Shown here piece by piece: positions 1 to 10,272 of a stretch of 64,000 nucleotides of DNA; the stretch's first letter is position 1, and the number at the start of each line of letters is the position of its first letter. The DNA is from an uncultured Acidobacteriota bacterium. GTDB lineage: Bacteria > Acidobacteriota > Vicinamibacteria > Vicinamibacterales > Fen-181. A program made the position numbers and the translations under genes. The stretch is taken from assembly GCA_963741715.1 (NCBI GenBank), contig CAVUJA010000002.1, positions 448,073-512,072 on the forward strand. Reading direction: 5' to 3'. The notes below the pieces were generated by a model. The model did not search any database, was not told the DNA's origin, and saw nothing but the letters and a program-made list of their open reading frames with translations.

Positions 1-1000
1 CGTGCAGCCACGGGAGCATCGCCAGCCCGCCTCCCAGCAGCAGCCACCGGCCTCGGCCCCACAACGCGATCGCGGGTCCCGGGCCACCGGTGCCGTCCGC
101 CTCGCAGGCGACCAACGCGGCGACGGCCATCATGATGAGCGTCGCGCCGGGCGCGTCCGGGTAGACGGTGAACGACTGGATGAAGAACGGCACGGACACG
201 GCGACGGTGGCCCACCCGAACCATGCCGCCCCCGCGCTCCGCGTCACGCGATAACCCGTCCGCCAGACGAGCCACGTGCCCAGCGCAGACAACAGCGCGA
301 GGAACGCCATGACACCGCGGTAGCCGGCGACGGCGAACGCCGGCAGGATCAACGCCGGCAGGCCGGGCGCGTGGATCGAGTAGATCTGCTGGTTCTTGCC
401 CCGGCGGAGGAAGTCGGGCTTGATCTCGTCCGGGAAGTAGGCGAGGTAGTCGCGCTGCCTGTGGTTGTTCTCGATCTGCAGGTCGCGATCCTCGAGCAGG
501 CTCTGGGTGATCACCAGGTAGTGCGGCTCATCACCCCGGGGGAGCACGCCGGACACCAGCCATGCGCCGGAACAGAAGAGGAAGAATGCCAGGACCAGCG
601 CGGTGAGCGCCCCGGTGCGGGCGTCGCACACCCAGCGGGCGACCCGCGTGCCGGACCACCGAGGCCAGGCGACGACGAGGGCGGCGAGCGCCGTGATGCC
701 CCACACCCACTGCACGACGTGGTTCGTCCAGGCGAGGGCGGCCGCCGGGACGGGAATCGGGAGCCACGGCAGGAGCAGGACGCCCGGAACCAGGAGGACG
801 AGGAGCGTGGAACGGCGGGCGCGCCAGAGTGCGACGAACAACACCGGCGCCAGCACCGCAGGAGCCCATCGCGACGGGAGGATGCCCAGGCGGTGCGGCC
901 ACGATCCCGCGTCGCCGACGGCAAGCGCTCCGCGCGACACCCACGCGGCGAGCGCCAGCACGCACGTCGTGAGAAGGAGTAGGAACCGCCCCGGCCTCAT
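1..1000 (-). CDS. Polytopic membrane protein, probable GT-C-fold glycosyltransferase (3' end runs off the window)
   Basis: Manual translation from the ATG at 1000 gives hydrophobic helices, then in-frame VLPRGDEPHYLVITQSLLEDRDLQIENNH (DE motif typical of GT-C enzymes). Not in the ORF track because it is open-ended. Confidence 0.65.
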   Translation of the reverse strand, partial: MRPGRFLLLLTTCVLALAAWVSRGALAVGDAGSWPHRLGILPSRWAPAVLAPVLFVALWRARRSTLLVLLVPGVLLLPWLPIPVPAAALAWTNHVVQWVWGITALAALVVAWPRWSGTRVARWVCDARTGALTALVLAFFLFCSGAWLVSGVLPRGDEPHYLVITQSLLEDRDLQIENNHRQRDYLAYFPDEIKPDFLRRGKNQQIYSIHAPGLPALILPAFAVAGYRGVMAFLALLSALGTWLVWRTGYRVTRSAGAAWFGWATVAVSVPFFIQSFTVYPDAPGATLIMMAVAALVACEADGTGGPGPAIALWGRGRWLLLGGGLAMLPWLH

Positions 1001-1061
1001 GGACCTTGCATCCTACCACAGCGAAAGGCCCGCGGCAGGGCCCCAGCCGCGGCGCGCCGGG

Positions 1062-3356
1062 CTACTTCTGCTTCGCCTTCTTCGGCGGCGCGGGCTTGGC
1101 CGGCTTCTTCGGCGTGCTGTCCGTGCGGGCGGACGGTTGGGAGGCGGGGGCGGCGTCACCGTAGAGCCGCCGGTAGTCCTCGGCGGTTCCGAGGATTCGG
1201 CGGACGTACGTCTGTGTTTCGGGGAACGGGATGTCGTCGATGTACTCGTCGAGCTCGAAGCCCGGCCGCTCGACGTTCCACGACTGCACCCGGCTCTCGC
1301 CCGCGTTGTAGCACGCCAGGGCGAACGGGATGCCGCCCACGCGGCGCACCAGGTCCGCGAAGTAGCGCGTCCCCAGCTGGATGTTCACCTCGGGACGCGT
1401 CAGAGACGCGGTCGAATAGCGGCGGATCCCTGCCTTCCTCGCATACTGCCTGCCGACCGACGGCAACAGCTGCATCAGCCCGATGGCGTTGGCCGCCGAC
1501 CTGACCCCGGCATCGAAGGCCGACTCCTGGTTGATCAGCGCCGCGACCAGGTACGGGTCGAGGCCGTGCGCGGCCGCGTTCTTCTGGATCAACGCCCAGT
1601 AGTCCAGGGGAAAGACCACTCGCCGCATCTCGATCGGCAGCCGGGCGCCCTCGTCCGACATGTACTGCGGATAGGCGCGCTTCATGTAGATGATGCCGCG
1701 GCGCATGTCGCCCTCGCGATTGAGGACCCACCCGAGGGTGGCGTTGGTCACGGGGTTCTCGCCCCACGTGCGCAGCGCGTACAGCAGTTCATCACGTGCC
1801 GGCTCGTACAACTCCAGGGAGAGGAGCAGCCGGATGATGTCCCCGTTGGGCGGCGGCACCGCCGCCGGCCCGGCATCGGCCGCCGTCCGCCCGGCGCCAT
1901 CGGCGGCGGTTGCGGAGGCCAGGCGCACGCCGGCGGCCTGCAGCCGCTTCTCGGCGAGCCGGCCGTAGTAGGTGTTCAGATAGTCGGCGGCCACGATGCG
2001 ATAGACCGACGCGGACCCCTGGACGTCGCCGGCTTGCGCGCGGGCGCGGGCGGCCCAATACAGGTACCCGGGCCGATAATCGGACCGCGGGAAGTTGCCG
2101 GCGGCGCTCTCGAAGAACGACACCGCGTCGTCGTAGCGGGCGTTCCGATAGGCGTACCACCCGGCCTTCCACGCCGCGCGCTCCGCGCGCGGGCCCTGCG
2201 GGAACTTCGCGTACAGCTCGCGGAACGCCGCATCCGCCTGCTCGTCGTCGTCGACGATGATGAAGTGGCTGGCGAGGTTGTTGAGGGTCTCCTCCGCCCA
2301 GGAACTGTCCGGGAAGGCGGCGACCAGCGCGCGGCTCAGGCGCACGAACTCGTCGTGATCGCCGAGCTCGCGCGTCGCCGTCAGGTAGAAGAACTGCGCT
2401 TCCGCTTTCCGGGAAGCATGCTCCCGGAAGTGGGCAAGCTGCTCGCGCGCCTGGCGGTAGCGGCGCAGGTAGTGATCGCACTCCGCGACCCGCATCGCCG
2501 CCAGCTCCGCATCGTCGCCCGTGGCGATGGGCAGGAGCGCTCCGAACGCGTCGCGCGCGGCGTCGTAGCGCTTCGACGCGAACAGCCGCTCGGCGCGGCC
2601 GAGGTCCAGCTTGAAGCGGGCCGGCGCTTCGCGCGGCGAGCGGAGATCGGCGAGGTCGTCGAGCGCGGCGGCCGCGACGCCGGAAAGGTCGCTCAGCGGA
2701 AACTCGTAGTAGAGCAGGGCCAGCGACTCGGCGGCGTGCCCCCGGTCGCCGGCCGCCTGCTGCGCCCGTCCCAACGCGAGCAGCACCGCGTCGGGTGCCG
2801 CGGTCCTGCGGGCGGTCAGCTCTCGGTAGAGGCTCACCGCGGCGGCGTAGTCGCCCTGCAGGCCGGCGGCCTCCGCCTCGCGCACGATGACGGCCTCGGA
2901 GAGAAAGCCCGAGAGCGGCGTGGCATGAAGCTTCGCGAAGACGGTCCGCGCCTCGGCCGCCTGCGAGAGGTTGAGATGGCAGAGGCCGGCGTAGAAGGCG
3001 GCGTACGCGCCGAGCGGCGTGGCGGCGACTGCCGGCAAGTCGAAGAGGGGCAGCGCCGCGGCGTACTTCGCCTGCGCGAACAGCTTCATGGCGTTCGCGA
3101 ACTCCGAGAGCGGCTTCGAAACGGGCGCCCCGGCCCGGTCGGGAACGAGCCACGCCTGGGAGAGGTCCGCGGGGAGGCGGGGGCGCGGGGTGGAGGTGAG
3201 GGCTGCCGGCACGGACTGGGGCGCCGCGGGGCTGTCGCTGCTCCGCTGCGCCCGCGTCCCGGGCACGCGGCTTTCGGCCGCGTGCGCCGCCAACAGCATG
3301 CTCAACAGAAGGCCGGCCGTCCGGCGCGTGGCTCTCGCGGTGTGAATCGCCCTCAC
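1062..3356 (-). CDS. Soluble lytic murein transglycosylase (Slt70-like) with TPR repeats
   Basis: Signal peptide, TPR-like helical region, SLT motifs INQES, AIGLMQL, YNAG, IPFPETQTYV. Confidence 0.9.
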   Translation of the reverse strand: MRAIHTARATRRTAGLLLSMLLAAHAAESRVPGTRAQRSSDSPAAPQSVPAALTSTPRPRLPADLSQAWLVPDRAGAPVSKPLSEFANAMKLFAQAKYAAALPLFDLPAVAATPLGAYAAFYAGLCHLNLSQAAEARTVFAKLHATPLSGFLSEAVIVREAEAAGLQGDYAAAVSLYRELTARRTAAPDAVLLALGRAQQAAGDRGHAAESLALLYYEFPLSDLSGVAAAALDDLADLRSPREAPARFKLDLGRAERLFASKRYDAARDAFGALLPIATGDDAELAAMRVAECDHYLRRYRQAREQLAHFREHASRKAEAQFFYLTATRELGDHDEFVRLSRALVAAFPDSSWAEETLNNLASHFIIVDDDEQADAAFRELYAKFPQGPRAERAAWKAGWYAYRNARYDDAVSFFESAAGNFPRSDYRPGYLYWAARARAQAGDVQGSASVYRIVAADYLNTYYGRLAEKRLQAAGVRLASATAADGAGRTAADAGPAAVPPPNGDIIRLLLSLELYEPARDELLYALRTWGENPVTNATLGWVLNREGDMRRGIIYMKRAYPQYMSDEGARLPIEMRRVVFPLDYWALIQKNAAAHGLDPYLVAALINQESAFDAGVRSAANAIGLMQLLPSVGRQYARKAGIRRYSTASLTRPEVNIQLGTRYFADLVRRVGGIPFALACYNAGESRVQSWNVERPGFELDEYIDDIPFPETQTYVRRILGTAEDYRRLYGDAAPASQPSARTDSTPKKPAKPAPPKKAKQK

Positions 3357-5212
3357 GTCTGCCCCAGCAAGCCGGGGTCGCCGCCCGCGAGCGTCCGCAC
3401 GACCTCGAGGTCGAAGCAGTTGACGCGCTGCCTGACGGCGTCCGGAATCTTTTCCTCGTACAGCCGGCGGGCGCGCTCGATATCCGTGCCGAGCCGCCTC
3501 AGCAGGTCGCCGTGCTGGCGGCCCTGCTCCACCGCTGATTCGTTGTACAGCTTGATCTCGGAAATCAGCAAGCGCGCGTAACGGCGCGCCGAGTCCTCCT
3601 CGCGTCGTTCGTCGGCCTGCGGTGAGCGGTCACGCTCCTCGTCCGGCCGCCCGGCACCGCGGTCGCTGTGTTGCACACGCCCTGCCAGCGCGGCGGCATG
3701 CGAAACTGTCAGCACTTCCAGCCGGTGCCCAGCGTGGCGTGCCAGGATCTCGGCGATCTCGGGCCAGTTGCTCGGGATCACCGGCACCGTGCCCAGACCG
3801 TCATCGGCGTACAGGATCGCGACCACCCGCCCACCGACGGTGATCGGGACGGCAAGACCCGCGCGGTCGGCCGGCAGTGCGAGAATCCCGGCGAGGCCGC
3901 CGCGATTGAAGCTGAGCGGGGCTTCTGCGGTCGACACCGGCAGCCCGCTGTCGATCGCGAGGCCGAAGACGCTGCCGGGCTCCACGGGCACGTCGACGGC
4001 GGCTGCGTCGGCGGCCAGTCCCCGGACCTGCCACGCGCGAAGCCGCGAACCGGTCACGGTCAGGACGGCGACGCGGCTGATTTCGGCGGCCGCCTGCTCG
4101 GCGAGCACGGTCAAGACGCCGGTGAGCGTGCGGGCGTCGTCCAGGCGCCGGAAGGCCGCGAGCGTGCGGTCGCTGCAGGCGAGGTCCTGCTGCCGGTCGG
4201 CCTCGTGGACGAGCGCCGCGGCGCGGGCCTGCTCGAGCGCCCGCTCGTCGGCCTGCACGAGCCGCGCTTCGGCGTCCTGCGCCTCACGCTCGGCCTCGCG
4301 CAACCGGGCCTGGGCGTCCTGCAGCTCCTGGGCGACGTCGCGGCTCCGCTGCTCGGCGTCGGCCGCCGCCGCTTCCGCAGCGGATTTGGCCTCCTGGAGG
4401 GCCGATGCCTCGTGCTGCGAGAACTCGTCGCGGACCGCCTGAACGGCCGCCTCGCGCTCTACCGACGCCCGGGCCTCGAGCGCTTCCAGCTCCGACCGGT
4501 GCGCGCGCGCCGCTTCGTCGCCGGCGGCCTGGAGGGCCGTCTTCAGGGCCGACTCGTGGTTCCTGGTGAGGTCGTCGCGGAGCGCCGCCAGGGCGGTGTC
4601 GCGCTCGCGTTCGATGTCGGCCCCGGCCGCGGCGAGCGCCGCCTCGTGCTCCTGCTGAAGCTGCTGGCGCAGGGCGGCGACCTCCGCCTCGTGCTCCTGC
4701 AGCAATTGCCCGCGCACGGCGGCGAGACTCGCGTCGCGGTCCTGCTCGAGTTGCTGGCACAGGGCCATCGCGGCGTCGCGGTCCTCTTCGAGCTGCTTCT
4801 GGAGGGCGGCGATGGCCGCGTGGTGCTCCTGAGCCAGCGAATCGCGCAGGGCGGCCAACGCGGCCGCCTGGTCGCGCGCGGACGACTCGCGGAAGGCCGC
4901 GACGGCGGCGGCGTGCTCCCGGTCCAGTTCCTCGCGGAGGGCGGCAAGGCTCGCGTCCAGATCGCGGTCGAACTGGCGCCGAAGCGCCTCGACGTCCACG
5001 CGGTCGCGGTCGTGCTCCTCGCGGAGAGCGGCGATCGCCAGCTGGTGCGAGGCGGAGGCCTCTGCGACCGCGGACCGCACCGCCTGGTCGCGCTCGGCCG
5101 CAGCCACGTTCATGAACTCGGCCAGTAGCCGGTGCAGCGCGGCCTCGATGGGACCGCGGGCCTCGTGGATGATGGTCTCGGACAACTGGCGAATGCGTTC
5201 GTCGATCGACAT
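3353..5212 (-). CDS. Coiled-coil protein with C-terminal GAF-like domain
   Basis: Long Ala/Glu/Arg heptad region, then AVPITVGGRVVAILYAD (GAF-like). Stop overlaps the start of the transglycosylase gene. Confidence 0.7.
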   Translation of the reverse strand: MSIDERIRQLSETIIHEARGPIEAALHRLLAEFMNVAAAERDQAVRSAVAEASASHQLAIAALREEHDRDRVDVEALRRQFDRDLDASLAALREELDREHAAAVAAFRESSARDQAAALAALRDSLAQEHHAAIAALQKQLEEDRDAAMALCQQLEQDRDASLAAVRGQLLQEHEAEVAALRQQLQQEHEAALAAAGADIERERDTALAALRDDLTRNHESALKTALQAAGDEAARAHRSELEALEARASVEREAAVQAVRDEFSQHEASALQEAKSAAEAAAADAEQRSRDVAQELQDAQARLREAEREAQDAEARLVQADERALEQARAAALVHEADRQQDLACSDRTLAAFRRLDDARTLTGVLTVLAEQAAAEISRVAVLTVTGSRLRAWQVRGLAADAAAVDVPVEPGSVFGLAIDSGLPVSTAEAPLSFNRGGLAGILALPADRAGLAVPITVGGRVVAILYADDGLGTVPVIPSNWPEIAEILARHAGHRLEVLTVSHAAALAGRVQHSDRGAGRPDEERDRSPQADERREEDSARRYARLLISEIKLYNESAVEQGRQHGDLLRRLGTDIERARRLYEEKIPDAVRQRVNCFDLEVVRTLAGGDPGLLGQT

Positions 5213-5507
5213 AAGGCAGCCGTTCAAATCGGATGGAGACACCGGGGGACGTCATCTCCGGTATCGGCCGATCGCGGCGGCAACTTCACCAAGTCCTCGC
5301 AACCGGCGGGCCCAGGGCGCGGGGCCCTGCCGCCCCGCCGAGAAACCTTTTTCGCGCGATCTGATTCTATAGGGTAGAGTCCCCGACTGGCAGCCGCAAG
5401 CGGGGCGCTGTTCGCCTGGCCGCGGGCGGGTGCTCTCGGTCGGTCCGGCGGCGGCCGGGCGCGTGATTCGAGTCCGGTTTCCCCCTGAGAATACTGGAGA
5501 CACTGCA

Positions 5508-5912
5508 ATGGACATGATTGTGACCTTCCCCGGCGGCGCGCGCGTGGACGCGCAGGTTGGCCGCCATACGATTCGCACCGACCAGCCGGCTCGCGGCGGC
5601 GGCGAAGACTCGGCTCCCGCCCCCTTCACGGTGTTCCTGGCCTCGATCGCGACATGCGCGGGCATCTACGTGCTGGGGTTCTGCAAGCAGCGCGGTTTGC
5701 CGACCGACGGCATCAGGCTGGTCCAGCGGGTGGAGGTGGATCCCCGGACGGCCATGGTGGGCAAGATCGGCATCGACATCGAGGTGCCGCCGGGCTTTCC
5801 CGAGAAGTACCATGACGCGCTCATCCGCGCGGCCAGCCAGTGCGCGGTGAAGAAGCACCTCGAGAACCCGCCAGCGTTCGAGGTGCGGACGGTCGTGAAC
5901 GTCGGGGCGTAG
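5508..5912 (+). CDS. OsmC/Ohr-family protein
   Basis: TDQP..GG...APAPF..FLASIATCAG and ASQCAVKKHL motifs; GGAGA RBS. Confidence 0.85.
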   Translation: MDMIVTFPGGARVDAQVGRHTIRTDQPARGGGEDSAPAPFTVFLASIATCAGIYVLGFCKQRGLPTDGIRLVQRVEVDPRTAMVGKIGIDIEVPPGFPEKYHDALIRAASQCAVKKHLENPPAFEVRTVVNVGA

Positions 5913-6090
5913 TCCGGCTGGCGGCTCGCGACCCGCGGCGGGCGGCGGGGCGAGCCGCACCTCCCGTACCCTGAGTTCGTTTGCGTTGAACGTCTATTGG
6001 GCGGGGTCGCCCGTGCGGTCTGTAGCCGAACCGGTCCCGCCGATCCTCCCCGCAAACGAGTCGGATGGTAAGTGGCTGATTATAAACAAC

Positions 6091-6119
6091 TTGACAGCAG
6101 TAGCCGACTCCTGTAAACT
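6091..6119 (+). promoter_or_regulatory. sigma70-type promoter of ssrA
   Basis: TTGACA (6091-6096), 17 bp, TAAACT (6114-6119). Confidence 0.8.
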
Positions 6120-6167
6120 CAAGGAATCGGCCGGTTCTCCCGAAACCGGGCCACGCACTCCGCACGT

Positions 6168-6520
6168 GGGGGCGACTTGGCTTCGACGGGGGTATAGGGC
6201 CGTGGGATGCATGCCGAGCCCCATCGACTCGTAAATCCGGTGGAAACAACCTAACTGCGGATTCGCAGCTCGCTCTCGCTGCTTAACTAACAGCGACGTC
6301 CACCTCCAAGTTGCCTGCGCGCGGGGGCTGGATGTCAAACAGGCAGGCTGGCTGCTCGAGGTCGTTCCGGGCCTTGGGCGGCGAGACGCTACCGGGACTA
6401 GCGGCTGGCGGTTTTCGCCTCTTCCCCAGGCCGGCTGCGAATAAACAGAAGGGGACACGCATGTAGAGTCCTGCGGTGACGTGCTCTCGGACGCGGGTTC
6501 AACTCCCGCCGCCTCCACCA
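6168..6520 (+). ncRNA. ssrA: tmRNA; tag reading frame (A)ADSQLALAA* at 6257-6286
   Basis: 5' GGGGGCGA pairs with 3' CGCCTCC-ACCA; T-arm GCGGGTTCAACTCCCGC; about 353 nt; tag ends in LAA-stop. Confidence 0.97.
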
Positions 6521-8170
6521 TCGCAAAGCACTCGAACCGGTTTCCGAACGGTCGGAAACCGGATCAGCTTCAATCAACGCCAACACATCCAAGTTCGTGG
6601 TTGCCCGGTAGTAGCGGCGGCCGACCTCCGGCGTGACCGGTTCCAGCTTGATCTGCCCCAGCAGCTTCCTGAGCAGAAGCGCCGCCGGCGCCGTGCGCCG
6701 CTCCAGGACCTCCTGGAGGCGGACGATGCGCTCCTCGAGCCATTCGAGCGGGGGTGGGGCCAGCAGGGCCTCCTGGCTGCGGTGAAGCACTTCCAGCTCG
6801 GATCGAAGGTCGTCGACCTTCTTTTCGGTGGCGACCAGCGCCGCCCCGAGCGCCTTGCTCCCCCGACCGTCCGCCACGAAGTCGATGAAGTTCGCCAGCC
6901 GCCGCTCCTCCTGCTCGAGTTCGCCCTGCTTCAGCTTGACCGTTTCCGGCGTCTGCGAGGTCGCCCGGGCGAGCGCCTCCTTCACCCCTTCCAGGACGTA
7001 GGCGAGGTTCTCGCGGGACGCCAGGCGGTCGCGCACGGCAGCCAGGATCACGCGCTCGGCGAGCGTCCTCCGCACGAGCAGCTTGTTTTCGCAGGCGCTT
7101 TTCGCGGCCCCGAGGCAGCCATAGTAGCCACCGTTCTTGCCGCTCGCTTTGACGATGCTGCCGCCGCACCGACCACAGACCATGGCGCCAGAGAGCAGCT
7201 CCTCCGGATAGTGACGGACTCGGCCGCCCCGCGGTCCTTCGAATCCGCGCTTCCCTACCCCGCCGGGCCAAGTCTTGCGCACGGCCGCCAGGCGCTCCTG
7301 CACGCGCCGCCACAACTCGGGCGGCACGATGCGCAGCGCCTCATCGTCGGTCACGATCCAGTCCGATTCCGGCTTCGGAAACTGGCGGCGCCGACCGCTT
7401 CGGGGATCCCGGCGGGTCTCGCTCTTGTTCCACACCCAGCGGCCCGCGTACTTCTCGTTACGCAGCATCCGATGGACGGTCGCGGGCGACCATCCGCTGT
7501 GCGTCTTCCGCCGGCCTGCCACGCCCTCGCTGTTCAACTCGCGAACGATGCTCGACTCCGATCGACCGTCGGCGAACGCACTGAAGATGCGGAGGATGAT
7601 CGCCGCCTCGCGCGGGTCGATCGTCATCCTGTAGCCGTCGGGCCGGGGCCGACCCTTCTTGTCGATGCGGATCGTCCCGACTGGCACCGAGCGGAAGCCG
7701 TACGTTGCCTCACCAACCGTGAAGCCGCGCTCCTTCTGCCCGATCTGCCCGCGCAGCGTCTTCTTCCTGAGGTCCTGAAGCTGGAGTTCGTTGAAGACGC
7801 CCCGGACCTGGATGCCGATCGTGGCCTCGCGGTCGTCGCTGTCCAGGCCGTCGGCCACCGACACGACGCGAACGCCGTTGAAGCGGAATTCCTCGAGGGT
7901 GGACAGGAGCAGGAGGGTGTTTCGGGCCAGGCGGGAAAGGTCGTCGACGAGGACCACGTCGAAGACGTCGTGAGGGACCGCCGCGCGGAGGGCGTTCAGC
8001 CCGGGCCGGTCCTCTCGGGCGCCGGATGCGGCGCGGTCTGCGTAGACGTGGTCTTCGACGAGGAGATAGCCGCGCTCGGCGGCCAGTTTCCGGCAGGACG
8101 CGATCTGGTCTTCGATGCTCTCGGGCCGCTGGTTCTCGCTGGAATAGCGGGCGTAGATCGCCGCGCGCAT
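6398..8170 (-). CDS. Large serine recombinase (integrase); last 38 codons are antisense to ssrA
   Basis: AIYARYSS catalytic Ser, DDLSRLAR, recombinase domain, Zn-ribbon CGRCG...YYGC...C, coiled coil. Confidence 0.95.
   Translation of the reverse strand: MRAAIYARYSSENQRPESIEDQIASCRKLAAERGYLLVEDHVYADRAASGAREDRPGLNALRAAVPHDVFDVVLVDDLSRLARNTLLLLSTLEEFRFNGVRVVSVADGLDSDDREATIGIQVRGVFNELQLQDLRKKTLRGQIGQKERGFTVGEATYGFRSVPVGTIRIDKKGRPRPDGYRMTIDPREAAIILRIFSAFADGRSESSIVRELNSEGVAGRRKTHSGWSPATVHRMLRNEKYAGRWVWNKSETRRDPRSGRRRQFPKPESDWIVTDDEALRIVPPELWRRVQERLAAVRKTWPGGVGKRGFEGPRGGRVRHYPEELLSGAMVCGRCGGSIVKASGKNGGYYGCLGAAKSACENKLLVRRTLAERVILAAVRDRLASRENLAYVLEGVKEALARATSQTPETVKLKQGELEQEERRLANFIDFVADGRGSKALGAALVATEKKVDDLRSELEVLHRSQEALLAPPPLEWLEERIVRLQEVLERRTAPAALLLRKLLGQIKLEPVTPEVGRRYYRATTNLDVLALIEADPVSDRSETGSSALRWWRRRELNPRPRARHRRTLHACPLLFIRSRPGEEAKTASR
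6514..6538. mobile_element. attL of the serine-recombinase element (crossover TC at 6514-6515, CACCA, arm TCGCAAAGCACTCGAACC)
   Basis: The reverse complement of the arm matches 50980-50997 and 45545-45562 at 15/18 each. Confidence 0.8.
6537..6562 (+). terminator. Hairpin downstream of ssrA, inside the recombinase coding sequence
   Basis: Perfect 11-bp stem CCGGTTTCCGA-acgg-TCGGAAACCGG; no U-tract. Confidence 0.5.
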
Positions 8171-8171
8171 G

Positions 8172-8354
8172 TCAGTCCTCCGCGCCTTTCGACGCCTCCC
8201 TGTCTTCCCTCATGAGGTGCAGGTACTCGCTGGCGAGTTCTTCGGCGACCAGGTCGAGAAGGTCACGCACCTCCGGTTGGAGCAAGGCGGCTGCGCGCTT
8301 TCGCACGGCCGTCCGCTTGACCGCCCGATCTCCAGTTCTTTCGTTGCGTGACAC
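8172..8354 (-). CDS. Small helical protein directly upstream of the recombinase
   Basis: 60 aa; stop is 1 nt before the recombinase ATG. Confidence 0.55.
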   Translation of the reverse strand: MSRNERTGDRAVKRTAVRKRAAALLQPEVRDLLDLVAEELASEYLHLMREDREASKGAED

Positions 8355-8419
8355 CTCTAATGATATACGATGTCTATCATTAACGCAATCGAGAACCGAG
8401 CACTTCGCCGAAGCAGGCC

Positions 8420-9031
8420 TTACACTTCGAGTTCCAAATCCCTCGCAATTTGCCCGATGTTGATGTCGAGGCGGACGTACTTGCTGCCCTCTGGGCCATT
8501 GAAGCCGGCGGAGTCTCCTCCGGTGATGGTCCTTGGAACTGCCTTCAGCTGAGAGACCAGAGTGGAGGCCTTCCTGCTCATCGCCCCGTTGAGTTCGATG
8601 CCGCCAAGCAACCGGCCGCCTTCTCCCTTCCGCTTGAGCAAGAAGAACAGCCGTTCCCCGTCGGCGACAATCGCGCGAAGGTCGATACCGGACGGACGCC
8701 GCAGCGCGGTGGCCAGGTCGAACTCCGGCATCTCCGCCGCGACCTTCTGCTCGAACGCGCGAAGCGTGTAGACGATGGCCGCGATCATTCCGACGGGTAG
8801 GCCGAGGGTCCTGAGCTTGAGGGCGATGGCGAACTCAAGCAGGTTCCGCGCCGAGAAGCGCCTACTGCTCCCCCGCCCGCTCGCGTCGGCGAAGTCCGGA
8901 ACGACAACCAGCTTCTCGCACAGGTAGATCAACCGGTGCTGCGGCTCATGGAGCAGTCGCGCGGCCTGTGCCAGCGTCCAAACGGACCGGTTCTGCATCA
9001 CGCAGAGTATCCTCCATCCATTCGACGTCAT
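8420..9031 (-). CDS. MerR-like HTH DNA-binding protein
   Basis: WTLAQAARLL...GRGSSRRFSARNLLEFAIALKLRTLGL. Confidence 0.7.
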   Translation of the reverse strand: MTSNGWRILCVMQNRSVWTLAQAARLLHEPQHRLIYLCEKLVVVPDFADASGRGSSRRFSARNLLEFAIALKLRTLGLPVGMIAAIVYTLRAFEQKVAAEMPEFDLATALRRPSGIDLRAIVADGERLFFLLKRKGEGGRLLGGIELNGAMSRKASTLVSQLKAVPRTITGGDSAGFNGPEGSKYVRLDINIGQIARDLELEV

Positions 9032-9194
9032 TCAATAGCGCACCAGGTTCATGCGCAGCAGGTTCATGTCCAACCGCGGCGGGTCCGCCGAACCTCGGCG
9101 AGTGCGTCGAGACTCGCGCGCGATGTAGATGGTCTCTGGTTGCGTCGTTCCGGCGCCTGCCTTGGGCGATCAGAACTCCCCTAAGCCATTACAA

Positions 9195-9557
9195 TCACGC
9201 CGGTTGACGGTGCCGCTCGGCAATTGATACGACTTCCGCTGGCCGTCGCTCGCCGAGGCCGAGGTTGACCGCATCCATCGCGGCGACGAGGTCCCGCTGC
9301 TGCAGGTGGATGTAGTACTTCATGGTGACGTCTGGCGAGGAATGTCCCATGATCTTCTGAAGCACCGCCACCGGCATGTTGGCGAGAGCGCACCCGGTGC
9401 CGAAGGTCCGCCGGAGGTCGTGAACAGTGAGGTGGGCGATGCTCTTACGACGTGCCGCACGCTGCAGCACTATTCGCACGCCACTCGGGTCCTTCGGGAA
9501 ATACGGTTGGTCGGTCGTACATCCCTCTTTGGCCTGACTCTCGAGCGCGTCGGCCAC
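9195..9557 (-). pseudogene. C-terminal fragment of a tyrosine recombinase
   Basis: HDLRRTFG...LQKIMGHSSPDVTMKYY (H-x-x-R, GH, Y); N-terminal part absent. Confidence 0.8.
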
Positions 9558-10221
9558 CTCCTGTCGAAGCGGAATATCCCTTGTTCTCCCACCCTTCGCG
9601 AGCGATGACGGTGCTTGCGATCGGCGTCTCGCACTGTCCCCTCCCGCAGGCAGACGTCCGGCGTGTCTGCCCTCATCCGGACAGATGACCCGACGACGGT
9701 GGGTTGTTCCGAAAGACCTGTTGGCTGACGCGCCGGGGGAGGGTGGTCGCGCTCAGAACTCCGAGTCGAGGCGGTGGTCACGATCGCGTTCACTACCACC
9801 GACGAATAAGGAGCCTACAGATAGATTCTTCGGATGCAAATAGCTAGTTTTGCTGTCAGAACTGACACTTTCCAAGACTGACACTCTGGGCGGAACTGAT
9901 GCCTTGGCCGCGGGAAAGGAGCCGTCCATAGCGCGAATGCGTCGGGGGGCCGACGAATCTGAGAACGCCAGCAACCTACTGTCCGAACGGTGGTTCTCAG
10001 TTCTTGCCATCCCATACTTTCTGCTGCGAACGGGCCTTTTGCTCGAGCCTCCCGCCTCGTTCACGGAGTTGGCGTCCGAACAGCGTCGGGCTGAATGGAT
10101 CGAGTGACCCCGAGCTGCCTTCGGCCCTGTTCGGCCTCCCTCGACAGGAATTCCTGTAAACGTGGCTCTCCGGAAATTGGCTCGAGACGAACCGCGTCCT
10201 GCCAGAGCCACTAAGGCGCTG

Positions 10222-10253
10222 TGACCTCGCCTGTCACGGCCCCCTGGAATACT
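10222..10253 (+). promoter_or_regulatory. Putative WYL box plus -10
   Basis: TGACCTCGCCTGTCA-N11-AATACT. Confidence 0.65.
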
Positions 10254-10272
10254 GGCATCAGGAGAACCGAGA

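Noticed and set aside
603..3581. Long antisense ORFs (also 6476-8215, 57306-59594, 57274-59667 and others)
   Set aside because: Shadow frames of real genes in high-GC DNA, with no motifs
4400..5050. Repetitive GC-rich sequence
   Set aside because: Explained by coiled-coil heptads in the 3353-5212 protein
6398..6514. Integrated recombinase tail acting as an ssrA-like degron
   Set aside because: The tail ends ...AKTASR, unlike an LAA/AA degron, and does not overlap the tag frame
9770..9890. Possible tRNA 3' fragment (CGCGTTCACTACCA) with ACTGACACT direct repeats
   Set aside because: No convincing T-arm or acceptor stem; it may be an old att scar but cannot be supported
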